Assembly: GCA_036278915.1 (NCBI GenBank)
Contig: DASUKB010000002.1
Span: 30,152-94,151, forward strand
Direction of reading: 5' to 3'
Origin: Patescibacteria group bacterium
GTDB lineage: Bacteria > Patescibacteriota > Doudnabacteria > UBA920 > O2-02-FULL-48-8
DNA: 64,000 nucleotides
The translations under genes and the position numbers were made by a program. Below the pieces are notes generated by a model. The model was given only the letters and a program-made list of their open reading frames with translations. It was not told where the DNA came from and did no database searches. This document shows, piece after piece, positions 42,012 through 53,058 of this stretch (position 1 is the stretch's first letter; each line of letters opens with the position of its first letter).

Positions 42012-44012
42012 ATGCCATTCAAACTTCACTCTCCATTCCAACCCTCCGGTGATCAGCCGCAGGCCATAGAGAAACTCGTCAAAGGTCTGGGAAAAAAATA
42101 CCGCTACCAGACGCTTTTGGGCGTGACCGGCTCGGGCAAAACTTTCACCATGGCCAATATCGTGGCACAAATCCAGCGGCCGACTTTGGTGATTTCCCAC
42201 AACAAAACTTTAGCCGCGCAGCTGGCGAGCGAATTCCAGGATTTTTTTCCGGACAACGCAGTCCACTACTTCGTATCTTATTACGATTATTACCAACCGG
42301 AGGCTTACATTCCCCGCTCCGACACTTACATCGAAAAGGAAACGGAAATCAACGAGGAGATAGACAAACTTCGCAACGCCGCCACCCAAAGCCTGCTTTC
42401 CCGGTCCGATGTGCTCATCGTGGCTTCGGTTTCATGCATTTATGGTTTGGGTAATCCGGGCAATTACCTGGAACTGTCGATTCCCCTGAAAGTCGGAATG
42501 TCGATTAAGCGCGACAAGTTCCTTCGCCGACTGACCGACCTGCAATTTGGACGAAACGATATAAATCTGACGCGCGGCGCCTTTCGCGTGCGCGGCGATA
42601 CTATTGAACTCATCCCTTCCTCCGCGGACAAAATCTTGCGCATCAATTTTTTTGGCGACGAAATTGAAAAAATTTCCGAGCACGACCCGCTCACCGGCGA
42701 AGATTTTGGCACGCGCGAGGAGCTGACGATTTTTCCGGCCAAACATTTCGTAACCCCGCGCGAGAAGATGCTCTCGGCCATAGAAAACATCCGCTCCGAA
42801 ATGGCCGCCCAGGTCAAATTTTTCAAATCACAGGGAAAAGAAATAGAAGCACAGCGCATAGAACAGCGCACCAACTTTGATATCGAGATGATGCTTGAGA
42901 CGGGCTACGTCAACGGCATTGAAAACTATTCGCGCCACTTGGACTCCCGCAAGCCCGGCGAGCCGCCCAGCACGCTGCTTGATTATTTTCCGGATGATTT
43001 TCTGCTGTTTATCGACGAGTCGCATATGACCCTGCCGCAAATTTCCGGCATGTACTTTGGCGACAAATCGCGCAAAGATACGCTCATCAATTACGGTTTC
43101 CGACTACCAAGTGCTGCCGACAATCGCCCGCTGCAATTTTCCGAATTTGAGAAAAAAATTGACCAGACAATCTTTGTCTCCGCCACTCCGTCCAAAGAAC
43201 GTGAACTGGCTATCTCCAAACAGGTTGCCGAGCAGCTCATCCGTCCGACTGGCCTGCTGGATCCGGAAATTGAAATTCGGCCGACCAAAAATCAGGTCGA
43301 CGACCTGATGGAAGAAATCCGCAAGCGCGTGACCAAAAAGCAAAGAGTGCTAGTGACTACTCTTACCAAAAACATGGCGGAAGAACTGTCGAATTATTTG
43401 AGTGAATACCGCATTCGCGTACACTACCTGCACTCGGAAGTGGACACGCTTAAGCGCCTGGAAATTTTACGCGATCTGCGCCTCGGCGTGTACGACGTGG
43501 TCGTGGGCATAAACCTTTTGCGCGAAGGTTTGGATTTACCCGAAGTCTCACTCGTGGCGATTCTCGACGCGGACAAAGAAGGTTTCCTGCGTTCCGAAAC
43601 GTCTTTGGTTCAGACTATGGGCCGGGCCGCCCGGCACGTTGACGGCCATGTGATAATGTACGCGGACAGAATCACGGGCTCTATGCAGCGGGCCATAGAT
43701 GAAGTCGCCCGCCGGCGCAAAATCCAGAAAAAATACAACCTTGACCACGGCATTACGCCCAAGGGAATTGAAAAAGCCATCAAAGAAACAAGACTGGCCG
43801 GCAAAAAACTGGAAGAAGAAAAAATGCAGGCGGTCAAAGACTTGGATCTGGCCAAAATGAGCAAACAGGATATCGCCTACGCCATCGAAGAGCTGCGCGA
43901 CCAGATGGATATGGCTTCAAAAAATTTAGATTTTGAAAAAGCCGGAGAGCTGCGCGACCAAATCGCGGCCATCCGCGCCAAAACCCGCATGAAGAAACAC
44001 AAATTTAGTTAG
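42012..44012 (+). CDS. uvrB: Excinuclease ABC subunit B
   Basis: [32 protein letters not shown]. Confidence 0.99.
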   Translation: MPFKLHSPFQPSGDQPQAIEKLVKGLGKKYRYQTLLGVTGSGKTFTMANIVAQIQRPTLVISHNKTLAAQLASEFQDFFPDNAVHYFVSYYDYYQPEAYIPRSDTYIEKETEINEEIDKLRNAATQSLLSRSDVLIVASVSCIYGLGNPGNYLELSIPLKVGMSIKRDKFLRRLTDLQFGRNDINLTRGAFRVRGDTIELIPSSADKILRINFFGDEIEKISEHDPLTGEDFGTREELTIFPAKHFVTPREKMLSAIENIRSEMAAQVKFFKSQGKEIEAQRIEQRTNFDIEMMLETGYVNGIENYSRHLDSRKPGEPPSTLLDYFPDDFLLFIDESHMTLPQISGMYFGDKSRKDTLINYGFRLPSAADNRPLQFSEFEKKIDQTIFVSATPSKERELAISKQVAEQLIRPTGLLDPEIEIRPTKNQVDDLMEEIRKRVTKKQRVLVTTLTKNMAEELSNYLSEYRIRVHYLHSEVDTLKRLEILRDLRLGVYDVVVGINLLREGLDLPEVSLVAILDADKEGFLRSETSLVQTMGRAARHVDGHVIMYADRITGSMQRAIDEVARRRKIQKKYNLDHGITPKGIEKAIKETRLAGKKLEEEKMQAVKDLDLAKMSKQDIAYAIEELRDQMDMASKNLDFEKAGELRDQIAAIRAKTRMKKHKFS

Positions 44013-44147
44013 GAAATAGTAAAGAGTAACGAGGAAGTAGGATTGACTTTGAAACGACGTCGTGCTACTATTTTTAAGCTTTGATAAGTTTTCGTGTCGC
44101 GAGACCTATCATTCTCATTACTATTTACTCGTTACTAATTACTATTT

Positions 44148-44411
44148 ATGCCAAATACAAAGTCGGCCATGAAGGCCATGCGGCAAAATCTCAAACGCCG
44201 CCAAATCAACCTCAAAGTTTTGGATTCAGTTAAGAAAACATCCAAAGCTGCACGCAAAGCCATTGCCGGAGGCAAGAAAGGCGACCTTAATAAGGCGCTA
44301 TCCGCCGCGTACTCCGCGCTCGATAAGGCTGCCAAGAAAAACGTCATCCACAAAAACACCGCCTCCCGCAAAAAATCCAGACTGGCAGCCATGGTTGCCA
44401 AAGTCAAATAA
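44148..44411 (+). CDS. rpsT: 30S ribosomal protein S20
   Basis: MPNTKSA.K, LDKAAKKNVIHKNTASRKKSRL; promoter TTGACT-N17-TACTAT at 44043-44071; terminator at 44416-44440. Confidence 0.97.
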   Translation: MPNTKSAMKAMRQNLKRRQINLKVLDSVKKTSKAARKAIAGGKKGDLNKALSAAYSALDKAAKKNVIHKNTASRKKSRLAAMVAKVK

Positions 44412-44479
44412 AATTACCCCGGATTCATTCCGGGGTTTTTATTTGTATAAAAACAGCACGTCACAAGTCCTCTTAGGCG

Positions 44480-45181
44480 TTACGGTTCGAGGACAATTTG
44501 GTTGTCTACAATTTTGAATTTAAATACCCCTAACTTACCCGTATACGGATAACTGAATGTGAACTCAGTTAAATCTGGCGGTACTATAAAATTAAGTTTT
44601 TGGTCCATGTAAGTAACATCGGCCTGCATCGAACAGCCACCCGAAGCAACGAAATAAAATTGCCGATTGTTGGGTCCAAAAAAATCATTTTGAGCATCGA
44701 CGCGCCTCAATTGTGGCAGCGATGCACAGCCCGCTGTAGGTGAAAAGATTTTTAACCCGAATGACACACCAGGCACAATATCGCCAACTTTATAATTAGT
44801 GCTCTCAGGAGAAATAAGAGCATTTAATTTATACTTGCCATAACTGATACTAGTAATCGTATATTGGACATCCTGCTCTTTCCAAGTAATTGCTTGACTG
44901 GGATTCAAATTCAAAGTGACAACCGACTGAGGCGATAAAGTATTTACATTATAGTCATAATCATTGTTACTGAGTTGAACAGGAGCAGAGACATTGTGGG
45001 CTGTGGTCTGCATGGTCGCTTGATCAGCAAGTTTAGTCTGGTACGTTGGAATATTTCCAAAGTAAAAAATTCCTGCCACCAAAAGCGCGGTCAGAATGTT
45101 AGTTAGAATCATTAACCGTATGGTGTGGAACCTTGCCGTTGATTGTAAATCTGGTTTCGGGGGCTGTGGAATATTTTCCAT
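44480..45181 (-). CDS. Hypothetical membrane-anchored protein
   Basis: One TM followed by a beta-rich domain with a Cys pair; TGcTATAAT upstream. Confidence 0.75.
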   Translation of the reverse strand: MENIPQPPKPDLQSTARFHTIRLMILTNILTALLVAGIFYFGNIPTYQTKLADQATMQTTAHNVSAPVQLSNNDYDYNVNTLSPQSVVTLNLNPSQAITWKEQDVQYTITSISYGKYKLNALISPESTNYKVGDIVPGVSFGLKIFSPTAGCASLPQLRRVDAQNDFFGPNNRQFYFVASGGCSMQADVTYMDQKLNFIVPPDLTEFTFSYPYTGKLGVFKFKIVDNQIVLEP

Positions 45182-45247
45182 AAACTCATTATAGCATCAG
45201 CGATTGCTAGTGTTTACTAAAAATTAATTCAAGCATATGATTACGAC

Positions 45248-45781
45248 ATGGGAATAATTGCTATATTATTTTTGTGGCCATTCTTAATCATTGCCCTGGG
45301 CTTAGTCTTTGTAGCTTTCGGCAGCTTATTTAACATCGGACTTGCTTGGCTCTTTATATTTTTGGCATTGATCTTGTTGTTTATCTTAATTTCACAACAG
45401 AACAATCATCATTTCGCCAGTACAAAAACCCGCATGACTAGTTGGGAGGAATTGCACGTTTTACGGGAGATGGTTATTACTATGTCCATCAGCCTGCTGA
45501 TTCCTATCTTTACTCGGTATTTGCTTGATAGTTTTCATAAAAACCTTATTTCAGTAATTGCTGGATTAATCATCGGCTTTAGTCTTACCACTTGGGGTAT
45601 GTTTATTAAGAACAATAAGGTGTTAATGTACAGCAACATCTTCGGCGGCTCACTCACAATCATTTATGTTTATGTTCAACTCTGGGAATTAGGCTCGTTG
45701 GCTAGAGTTATTGCTGCGGCGTTTGGTTTAATTGCAGCAGTGACCATCTCCACGATTAAGTTAAAAGAGAAACTTTCATGA
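45248..45781 (+). CDS. Hypothetical membrane protein
   Basis: Very hydrophobic, AT-rich ORF; TTTACT-N17-TATGAT upstream. Confidence 0.75.
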   Translation: MGIIAILFLWPFLIIALGLVFVAFGSLFNIGLAWLFIFLALILLFILISQQNNHHFASTKTRMTSWEELHVLREMVITMSISLLIPIFTRYLLDSFHKNLISVIAGLIIGFSLTTWGMFIKNNKVLMYSNIFGGSLTIIYVYVQLWELGSLARVIAAAFGLIAAVTISTIKLKEKLS

Positions 45782-46167
45782 CAACAGACAAAAACAGCCT
45801 TAAATTTATTTTTGGTCTAATTATTTTCATGTTTAGTTTGGCCTTGGCCTACTTTACTGCCTCTTATCTCTCCAAAGCATACACTATTGACTACTGGGGT
45901 GCACTTCTGATTTTTGGAGTTGTCTATATAGTCATTGGAATTATCATTTACCAGGTGTATGCAGTTAGTTTGGGTTTTTTGTTTGCCGCCTCAGTATTGG
46001 TTCTACATTTACTACTCGAAAATTTTGGCAATATCCCGAGTCCGGCCAAAACTCTCATCATTGGCGCTGTATTGGTTGTCCTCTATCTGGTCGCTTGGGA
46101 GAAGTTGGATGAAACCCAATCAGATAATCTTCCCCCAACTCCCCCTCCGACATCTCCAGTGAACTAA
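45778..46167 (+). CDS. Hypothetical membrane protein
   Basis: 4 TMs; ATGA overlap with the previous gene. Confidence 0.75.
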   Translation: MTTDKNSLKFIFGLIIFMFSLALAYFTASYLSKAYTIDYWGALLIFGVVYIVIGIIIYQVYAVSLGFLFAASVLVLHLLLENFGNIPSPAKTLIIGAVLVVLYLVAWEKLDETQSDNLPPTPPPTSPVN

Positions 46168-46190
46168 ACCGCCGATCCGGCGGTTTTAAT

Positions 46191-46649
46191 TTATGTAATC
46201 TTAAATTTTTTCAGATGTTTGAGGTCTTCCGAAAAGTAAAAATCTCCCGTGACTTTTTGCCCGGCTAAAACTTTGGGCAGCCAATGCCTATCATCGACCC
46301 ACATTTGATCATAGGGAATATCGGAAAGCGCAAACCACTGCGGACGCATCTCTTCGGTTTCCACAGGATCCTCTTGCCAATGGCGGCAAATAAACACTGA
46401 CACTTCCTGATTCCATTCGTGTTTCTGGTCAAAATAAAAATTTAACGTGGCCACGAATTCCAGATCGGATAATTGCGCCGTTACTCCAATTTCTTCCGAC
46501 ATCTCGCGAAGCGCCGTCTGCCCGATTACTTCGTTCGGCAATTGTTTGCCGCCATAACCATTCCACTTGCCGGCTCCAAACCCGCGCTTCTTCATGGCCA
46601 AAAGAATCTTGCTTTCCGAAAGCAGAAAGCACAGACTGGATCGCCTCAT
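46191..46649 (-). CDS. NUDIX hydrolase (8-oxo-dGTPase/NUDT1-like)
   Basis: KKRGFGAGKWNGYGGK..REMSEEIG, ETEEMRPQWF..IPYDQMW.DD. Confidence 0.92.
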   Translation of the reverse strand: MRRSSLCFLLSESKILLAMKKRGFGAGKWNGYGGKQLPNEVIGQTALREMSEEIGVTAQLSDLEFVATLNFYFDQKHEWNQEVSVFICRHWQEDPVETEEMRPQWFALSDIPYDQMWVDDRHWLPKVLAGQKVTGDFYFSEDLKHLKKFKIT

Positions 46650-48970
46650 TTAATCTTTTCCATTTCATTCCAATTGTCCCCGGCTTTGACCTCGGCCACA
46701 ATTGGGACCTTCAATTTGAATACCGATTCCATAATTTCTTTAATCTTGGGCGCGTACTGTTTGATCTTATCGGCTTTGATTTCGAACACCAGTTCGTCGT
46801 GCACCTGCAGCAGCATCTTGCAGTCGTTATCGGTCACCTTTTTGTCAATTTCAAGCATGGCCATTTTGATGATGTCCGCAGACAGCGACTGGATGGGCGC
46901 ATTTACAGCCTGCCGCTCGGCCGCTGCGCGAATGGCAAAGATGGGCGAATTGATATCCGGATAAAAACGAAGTCGCCCAAGCAAATTTTTTGTGTGGCCC
47001 TTGCTGTGTGCTTGCTCAATTTGTCTATCAATATACTTTTTGAGTCCGGCAAAGACCTGGTAGTAGCGTTTAATGAAGTCCGCGGCCTCGGCCCGCGCCA
47101 TTTGCGAACGCGACGACAGGCCAAACGCGGACACGCCATAGAGCACTGAAAAATTTATAGTCTTGGCGTCGCGCCGCTGGTCAGGTGTTACCTGCGACTC
47201 CATGCAATTGAAAATCCTCGCGGCAGTGGCGGCGTGGAAATCCTTGCCAGATTTAAAAATTTTAAGCATTTCGGCATCCCCCGAAAGCGACGCGGCAATC
47301 CGCAGTTCAATCTGCGAATAGTCCACGGACAAAAGTTTCCAGCCGGCATCGGCGATAAATGCTTTGCGCACTTCCCGCCCGAGTTCCGTTCGAATGGGAA
47401 TGTTCTGCAAATTAGGGTTAGTAGAAGACAGTCGGCCCGTGGCTGCGATTGTCTGGCTGTATGTGGTGTGCACCCGCCCGTCGGCGGACGCTAGCTGCGG
47501 CAGAGCCTCAACGTAAGTTGACTGAAGCTTCGTCAGTTCGCGATATTCAAAAATAAGATCAATTATCGGATGTAGGCCTCGCATTTTTTCCAATTCCCCG
47601 GCGGCAGTCGAGAACCCACCCGACTTTTTATTTTTCTTTAAATTCTCCGCCGGGATATGCAATTTTTCAAACAAAACTTCCTGCAGCTGCTTGGGTGAAG
47701 AGATGTTAAACTCTCCGCCGAGCTTGTGGATTTGCTTGGTGATTTTTTGAATCCGCGTGTTTAACTGCTGCTTAAGTTCTGCCAGCCACAGCAGATCCAG
47801 TTTAACTCCGTAGCCGGTCATGCGAACCAGGACATCCGTGAGCGGCAGTTCAATTTTGGTAAAGATTTCAAGTAATTTTTGGTCCCGCAATTCCTGTTCC
47901 AAAATTTTCCAGTCAGAATTGACCCGGTCTTCATAGTCGCGCATGCCGGGGTTGAGTAGATACGCGGCTAACACGGCCTGCTCTCGGGTTTGTACAAGCT
48001 TTGAGGTTTGAGTGATTACCTTTGGGGGCAAACTTTGGATTTTTTCAGCTGCAGCGGCTGATAATTTTGGCAGTTTGGGAATCAAAGATTTGATATTGAG
48101 CTCGCTGAAAAGTTCCAAAACTTTGGCCTGATCGTAATCGGAAAGTTTGGTAGCTGCAAAATCAAACTCTCCGCCAGAGGCGGATCCGCCTACGGCGGAC
48201 AGACTCCCATTCGTGTCGATGTGCCCCAATTTTTTGGACAGATACGCGTAGTGCTCCCCTGCCGCCAGTTTCCCAAGCACTCCGGCGCGGATGCCTTTGT
48301 CGTTTTTGTGCACCGCGGCATAAAGTTTGTCCAAAGTACTGTAGTTTTGGATAAGCTCGAGTGCGGTTTTCTCACCAATGCCAGGCACCCCCGGAATATT
48401 GTCGGAGGCATCGCCTTTGAGCGCCTTAAGATCCACCCACTGGTCGGGGCGCAGGCCAAATTGTTTTTTCATTTCCGTTTCGTCATAAATAATGACGTCG
48501 GTAAAGCCCTTTTTGAACCGGTAGACTACCGTGTTGGAGTTTATCAACTGCAGCAAATCCATATCGCCAGTGGCGATGATATTTTGGATATCGTTTGGGG
48601 TTTTACGCGAAATTATCCCAAGTAAATCATCTGCCTCAAATCCAGGCTTTTCGTATACTGGCACTTTTAGCGCCTGTAAAATTTCTTTGACCCGAGGGAG
48701 CTGCAGCATCAAATCATCGGGCGTGGGTTTACGGTGCGCCTTGTAGTCGCCAGAAAGTTTGTCACGGAATGTCGGACCGCGCACGTCAAAAGTCACGAGC
48801 ACGTGCGTGGGCTTTTCATCCTCCAAGGCCTTAAGGAACATGCTGAAAAATCCAAAAATCGCGCCTGTGGGAAAGCCGCGGGAATTAGAAAGGTTCGGCA
48901 GCGCGTGGTAGGCGCGGTACAAAAGTGCATGCCCGTCAAACATCAATAATTTCTTTTTAGGTTGAGACAT
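46646..48970 (-). CDS. polA: DNA polymerase I (5' nuclease and polymerase; 3'-5' exo domain largely absent)
   Basis: DGHALLYRAYHA, GDASDNIPGV, TGRLSS..PNLQNIP, DYSQIELR, VHDE. Confidence 0.97.
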   Translation of the reverse strand: MSQPKKKLLMFDGHALLYRAYHALPNLSNSRGFPTGAIFGFFSMFLKALEDEKPTHVLVTFDVRGPTFRDKLSGDYKAHRKPTPDDLMLQLPRVKEILQALKVPVYEKPGFEADDLLGIISRKTPNDIQNIIATGDMDLLQLINSNTVVYRFKKGFTDVIIYDETEMKKQFGLRPDQWVDLKALKGDASDNIPGVPGIGEKTALELIQNYSTLDKLYAAVHKNDKGIRAGVLGKLAAGEHYAYLSKKLGHIDTNGSLSAVGGSASGGEFDFAATKLSDYDQAKVLELFSELNIKSLIPKLPKLSAAAAEKIQSLPPKVITQTSKLVQTREQAVLAAYLLNPGMRDYEDRVNSDWKILEQELRDQKLLEIFTKIELPLTDVLVRMTGYGVKLDLLWLAELKQQLNTRIQKITKQIHKLGGEFNISSPKQLQEVLFEKLHIPAENLKKNKKSGGFSTAAGELEKMRGLHPIIDLIFEYRELTKLQSTYVEALPQLASADGRVHTTYSQTIAATGRLSSTNPNLQNIPIRTELGREVRKAFIADAGWKLLSVDYSQIELRIAASLSGDAEMLKIFKSGKDFHAATAARIFNCMESQVTPDQRRDAKTINFSVLYGVSAFGLSSRSQMARAEAADFIKRYYQVFAGLKKYIDRQIEQAHSKGHTKNLLGRLRFYPDINSPIFAIRAAAERQAVNAPIQSLSADIIKMAMLEIDKKVTDNDCKMLLQVHDELVFEIKADKIKQYAPKIKEIMESVFKLKVPIVAEVKAGDNWNEMEKIK
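48170..48199. repeat. 30-bp double palindrome encoding SAVGGSASGG
   Basis: TCCGCCagaGGCGGA-TCCGCCtacGGCGGA; 28/30 identical to 15052-15081. Confidence 0.9.
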
Positions 48971-49085
48971 AAAGTGACCTTATCATACCAAAAATCACTT
49001 GAGCTGTCCCCGATTGGGCAATCCGCCGATTGAACGAAAGTTTGGCAACATTTACCATTGATCTATTATCATTAATCTTAAATAT

Positions 49086-49655
49086 ATGCCGCAAGAATCA
49101 GTAGAAAACTTACAAGATCTTCTGGTTATAAAACTGCAAGCGCTCTACGACACGGAGCAGCAGCTTGTGGAGGCGCTGCCGAAAATGGCCACCGCCGCAA
49201 CGGACGAGGATCTCAAAAAAGCTTTCGAAAGCCATTTGGAAGAAACCCGCATGCACGTCAAAAACCTGGAACAGGCCTTTAGTGAACTCGAGCTTACACC
49301 CGAAGCGCTTCCGGGAAATGCTATCCGCGGTTTGGTTTCGGATACAGAATGGTGTATCGACCATATCAAAAATGCCAAAACCCTGGATGCGGCGTTGGTA
49401 GCCGCCGGCCAAACAGCCGAGCACTATGAAATGGCTGAGTACGCCGCAGCCCAAGGCTTTGCGGTTACTATGGGGCACACGCAAGTCGAGACCCTGCTTT
49501 CCGAAAACTACCTGTCGGAAAAAGAAGCATCTGAAAAACTCAAGGGCCTGGCTATGGCCAAACTCAATGATGCAGCCAACGACGTGGTTGAAGAAGAAAG
49601 CGTAATTGACAAAGGCAAGGAATTTTTGGGCAAACTGGAAACAGGAAGCGTTTAG
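49086..49655 (+). CDS. Ferritin-like DUF892 (YciE/YciF) protein
   Basis: LYDTEQQLVEALPKM, HLEET..H, AEHYEMAEY. Confidence 0.9.
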   Translation: MPQESVENLQDLLVIKLQALYDTEQQLVEALPKMATAATDEDLKKAFESHLEETRMHVKNLEQAFSELELTPEALPGNAIRGLVSDTEWCIDHIKNAKTLDAALVAAGQTAEHYEMAEYAAAQGFAVTMGHTQVETLLSENYLSEKEASEKLKGLAMAKLNDAANDVVEEESVIDKGKEFLGKLETGSV

Positions 49656-49697
49656 ACATAAAAAGCTCCGGACAGGAGCTTTTTTAATCTTGATATT

Positions 49698-51335
49698 TTA
49701 TTCTTCTGTGACTCGGAAAACCTCTTCGATATCGGTAATTCCCTGCAAGGTTTTCAGAATGCCATCTTGGGCCATGGTCAGCATACCATCGGAAATGGCT
49801 TGGTTTCGAACGTCCGACGTCGTAGCTTCTTTGTGGATGAGCGACTCTATCGCGTCATTGACGGTGAAAATTTCATAAACGCCAATCCGCCCTTTGTAGC
49901 CCAGGCCGTTGCATTCAGGACATCCGGGAGAATGGTAAAACGATAAATCTTTAGGCACTTTTACTTTGGCAGCGGCAGGGATAGCCTTGAGGATCATCTG
50001 CACATGCGCCACGGCGCGGGCGTTCGGCTCGTAGGTAGTTTTGCAGTGCGGGCAGAGCCGCCGGACTAACCGCTGGGCAATAATGGCGTTCACGGCGGGT
50101 GCCAACACAAATGGCTTAACGCCTAGATCAAGCAGGCGCGGGATCGCGGATGGCGCGTCGTTGGTGTGCAAAGTCGAGAGCACGATGTGTCCGGTCAGCG
50201 CGGCCTGGCTTGCAGTTTCCGCGGTTTCCAAATCGCGCATTTCACCGACCATAACGATGTCAGGGTCCTGTCGCAAGATCGAACGCAGCGCGTCGGCAAA
50301 CGTTAAACCAGTAGATGCACCAACCGGCGTCTGGGTAATGCCGTCAATTTTGTATTCCACCGGATCTTCAATCGTAATAATTTTCACACCCGGCTCATTG
50401 AGTTTGTTTAGAATAGCGTACAAAGTCGTGGTCTTGCCCGAACCCGTCGGTCCGGTGGTGAGAATCATGCCGTTCGGCTTTTGCATTTCGGACAAAAGCT
50501 TCTCGCTTGCCGAACCCGTAATCCCCAGGTCTTCAAATTTAAGGCTGCCTTTGTCCTGTCGTAAAATTCTCATCACAATTGACTCGCCATAAGCTGAGGG
50601 CAGAACCGAAACGCGGATATCGACGTGGGTGCCGCCTGAAGTTAAGCTAAACGATCCGTCCTGCGGCGTATTTGTAATATTAAGTTTGAGTTTGGATAAA
50701 ATTTTGATGCGCGAAACTAGCTGATGGTGCTGCTCTTTGGGCAAGATTGCCACATCCTGCAGCACGCCGTCGAGCCGGAAACGAATTTTGAGCCCTTGCT
50801 GTTCCGGTTCGATGTGGATGTCCGAAGCGTTTATGGATAATCCCGCGGAAAGCAAAGCTTCCATCATTTCGGTCACAGATACACCTTGCAGCTTTTCTGA
50901 TAAATCCTTGAGGGACTCAATCTGGACCTTGCCGGTTGCGGCAAGTTTGATTTCGGAGGATTTGCGTTCGACGTGAATGACTTTGGAATATGATTCCATT
51001 GCGCGCTTAAAGCTTGAATCGGAAATGAGATAAACCTCCATAAAGTAACTCTGCTTTTTAAAATCCGAGACAAGAGTGGCGATGGCCGATGAGGGTTCCA
51101 GCATGCCGATTTTGAGGTTGCGTCCTTCCTTGTAGAATACCACAACTCCCAGCTGTTCGGCTTGGATTTTGGGCACCAAAGCCAAAGCCGCCGCATCAAT
51201 TGGAAATCCGTAAAGGTTGATGTACGCGAGTTTGAGATCTTTGGCGCGTCTTTGTGTTTCTTCTTCTTCAAATTTCCGGTCCAGTTCCGAATAGACTTGC
51301 TTAATCCGGACAGACCGATCTATGGGATTGAGCAT
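49698..51335 (-). CDS. GspE/PilB-family type IV pilus assembly ATPase
   Basis: [31 protein letters not shown], tetra-Cys motif. Confidence 0.95.
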   Translation of the reverse strand: MLNPIDRSVRIKQVYSELDRKFEEEETQRRAKDLKLAYINLYGFPIDAAALALVPKIQAEQLGVVVFYKEGRNLKIGMLEPSSAIATLVSDFKKQSYFMEVYLISDSSFKRAMESYSKVIHVERKSSEIKLAATGKVQIESLKDLSEKLQGVSVTEMMEALLSAGLSINASDIHIEPEQQGLKIRFRLDGVLQDVAILPKEQHHQLVSRIKILSKLKLNITNTPQDGSFSLTSGGTHVDIRVSVLPSAYGESIVMRILRQDKGSLKFEDLGITGSASEKLLSEMQKPNGMILTTGPTGSGKTTTLYAILNKLNEPGVKIITIEDPVEYKIDGITQTPVGASTGLTFADALRSILRQDPDIVMVGEMRDLETAETASQAALTGHIVLSTLHTNDAPSAIPRLLDLGVKPFVLAPAVNAIIAQRLVRRLCPHCKTTYEPNARAVAHVQMILKAIPAAAKVKVPKDLSFYHSPGCPECNGLGYKGRIGVYEIFTVNDAIESLIHKEATTSDVRNQAISDGMLTMAQDGILKTLQGITDIEEVFRVTEE

Positions 51336-51373
51336 AACTGATATAAGTATACCAGTTTTGCAAAAAAACGCAT

Positions 51374-52516
51374 TTATGCCGCTTGTCTTGCCGCTTCTTC
51401 CTTGATTTTAGCCAATATTTCCGCCTGGACGTCGGACAAACCCTTGGGGATTTTAAATTTAACAACTTGAGTATCCAAAACTTCCGGCGAGTAAGAGGCA
51501 AACACATCGGACGGCTCGAGACTGCCGGTGCTGCCTAGATAAACATTGACGCCCATGCTTGATTCGGCCAAAAACAAGAATACTTTGGCAAATTTCAGCT
51601 GCTGCTTCATCTCAAAAATAATTTCCTCCACATCGGAATCCAAAGCCTGCGAGGAAGCCACGTCAGTGGAAGACAAACTTGAATACACAAGATTTGTTTC
51701 GGGCTCGTGCTGGAGGTTTTCCAAAACTCTGCCCCAAAGCCTAAGCAGCCCCAGAGATTTGGTACGGTAAAGATTGGAAATTATATCTTGCTGCCGCGCG
51801 CCCGCATCCACAAGCCTGGAAGCCTTAAAAAATGCGGCAGGAGAAGCCTTTTGATTTTGAAAACCGTCAGTTGCACTCATAAGTCCGGACAAAAGCAGTG
51901 TTGCTGTGATTTCGTCAACAAAACTTGCGTCTATACCGAACAAAAGATCGAATACAATTTCTGAAACACTGCCAGAAGTTAAATCAACGAGGTTGACTTG
52001 GCCAAAAGACTCATTCTGCGGCCGGAAATCAATATTAATTTTTGGCGTGTTAAAAAATAACGGCGCGTGCGATGCGTAAAGCGGTCCTAAATCCGAAAGT
52101 CTCGCTACACCCAAAGTCACAACCAAATCATAGGGGTAAGCGGAGGGGTCAATGCTTACGTCGGATGGCTCAAACTGTCCGGATTTGGGAGCAACCACAA
52201 TCCGTAACTTATCGCTCATTTTTTCGTAAGATAATTCAGCAACTTCCGTATTTTTAAAACCAATATCCAAAACCAAGCTCCGGACAATTTGAGTCTGAAC
52301 CGCTATGCCTGATTCGGGCAAAAACGACAATTTTTTTGACAGTTCCTTGGGGCTCAATACTGCAGTCTTTTTCCCTTGACGGTTAAGGAAATGCCGGAGT
52401 GCCAAGCCCGCGGCCGCGGAATCAGGGTTACTGCCTGAGCCTAGCACCAGCAGAATATTTCCCGCGGCAGTGAGCAGGCGTTTGGCTTGATTTAATTTTT
52501 CAGCATCTGTTGGCAT
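51374..52516 (-). CDS. DHH-family (NrnA-like) protein, degenerate
   Basis: NPDS, INIDFR..NE.FG..NLVD, SVSEIV, ATLLLSGL..ATDGF. Confidence 0.75.
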   Translation of the reverse strand: MPTDAEKLNQAKRLLTAAGNILLVLGSGSNPDSAAAGLALRHFLNRQGKKTAVLSPKELSKKLSFLPESGIAVQTQIVRSLVLDIGFKNTEVAELSYEKMSDKLRIVVAPKSGQFEPSDVSIDPSAYPYDLVVTLGVARLSDLGPLYASHAPLFFNTPKINIDFRPQNESFGQVNLVDLTSGSVSEIVFDLLFGIDASFVDEITATLLLSGLMSATDGFQNQKASPAAFFKASRLVDAGARQQDIISNLYRTKSLGLLRLWGRVLENLQHEPETNLVYSSLSSTDVASSQALDSDVEEIIFEMKQQLKFAKVFLFLAESSMGVNVYLGSTGSLEPSDVFASYSPEVLDTQVVKFKIPKGLSDVQAEILAKIKEEAARQAA

Positions 52517-52593
52517 AATATTGTGTTAAATCTAGATATCGTAACGGCTTTGCGGTTTCTTGTCAATTTGGGTGTAAATGTTAGAATAAAGCC

Positions 52594-53058
52594 ATGAATC
52601 CCGCCAGAAATAAATCTCAAACGAAGTCCTCTGCTGGTACTAAGTTTAACTTAAATCTGGATGGGGTTAAGCATTTGGCCACAAAGCTTGCGCGGCAATA
52701 TCGGACCCGCGACGCAGCCATTGGACTGGTGGGACCGCTAGGCGCTGGTAAAACGGCGTTCGCCAAAGAATTTGCCAAATTTTTTGGCGTCAAAAAAGTC
52801 AAAAGTCCGACCTTTATGGTTTCCGCTCGGTACGAAATCGGCAAACGCACGCTATTCCACTTCGATCTGTATCGCATAGACAATCCGGGTAAACTTAAAG
52901 CCCTGGATCTGGAAGAAATTCTAGCCAGTAAAAACCGCATCGTGCTCATTGAGTGGGCGGATAAATTTCCAAAGCTCCATCCCAAGCTTAATCTCCTGCT
53001 CAAATTTGAAGTCACTGGTAAAAATCTACGCCATGTCACACTCCACAAAAAACTCTAA
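52594..53058 (+). CDS. tsaE: tRNA t6A ATPase TsaE
   Basis: GPLGAGKT, VKSPTF, HFDLYR, IEWA. Confidence 0.95.
   Translation: MNPARNKSQTKSSAGTKFNLNLDGVKHLATKLARQYRTRDAAIGLVGPLGAGKTAFAKEFAKFFGVKKVKSPTFMVSARYEIGKRTLFHFDLYRIDNPGKLKALDLEEILASKNRIVLIEWADKFPKLHPKLNLLLKFEVTGKNLRHVTLHKKL

Noticed and set aside
29955-45181. Shared N-terminus ENIPQPP in two membrane-anchored proteins
   Set aside because: Seven low-complexity residues are too few to claim a targeting motif
46646-48970. PolA without proofreading domain, ValRS without coiled coil, short TsaB
   Set aside because: These are expected reductions in small-genome lineages; the ORFs are intact, not pseudogenes
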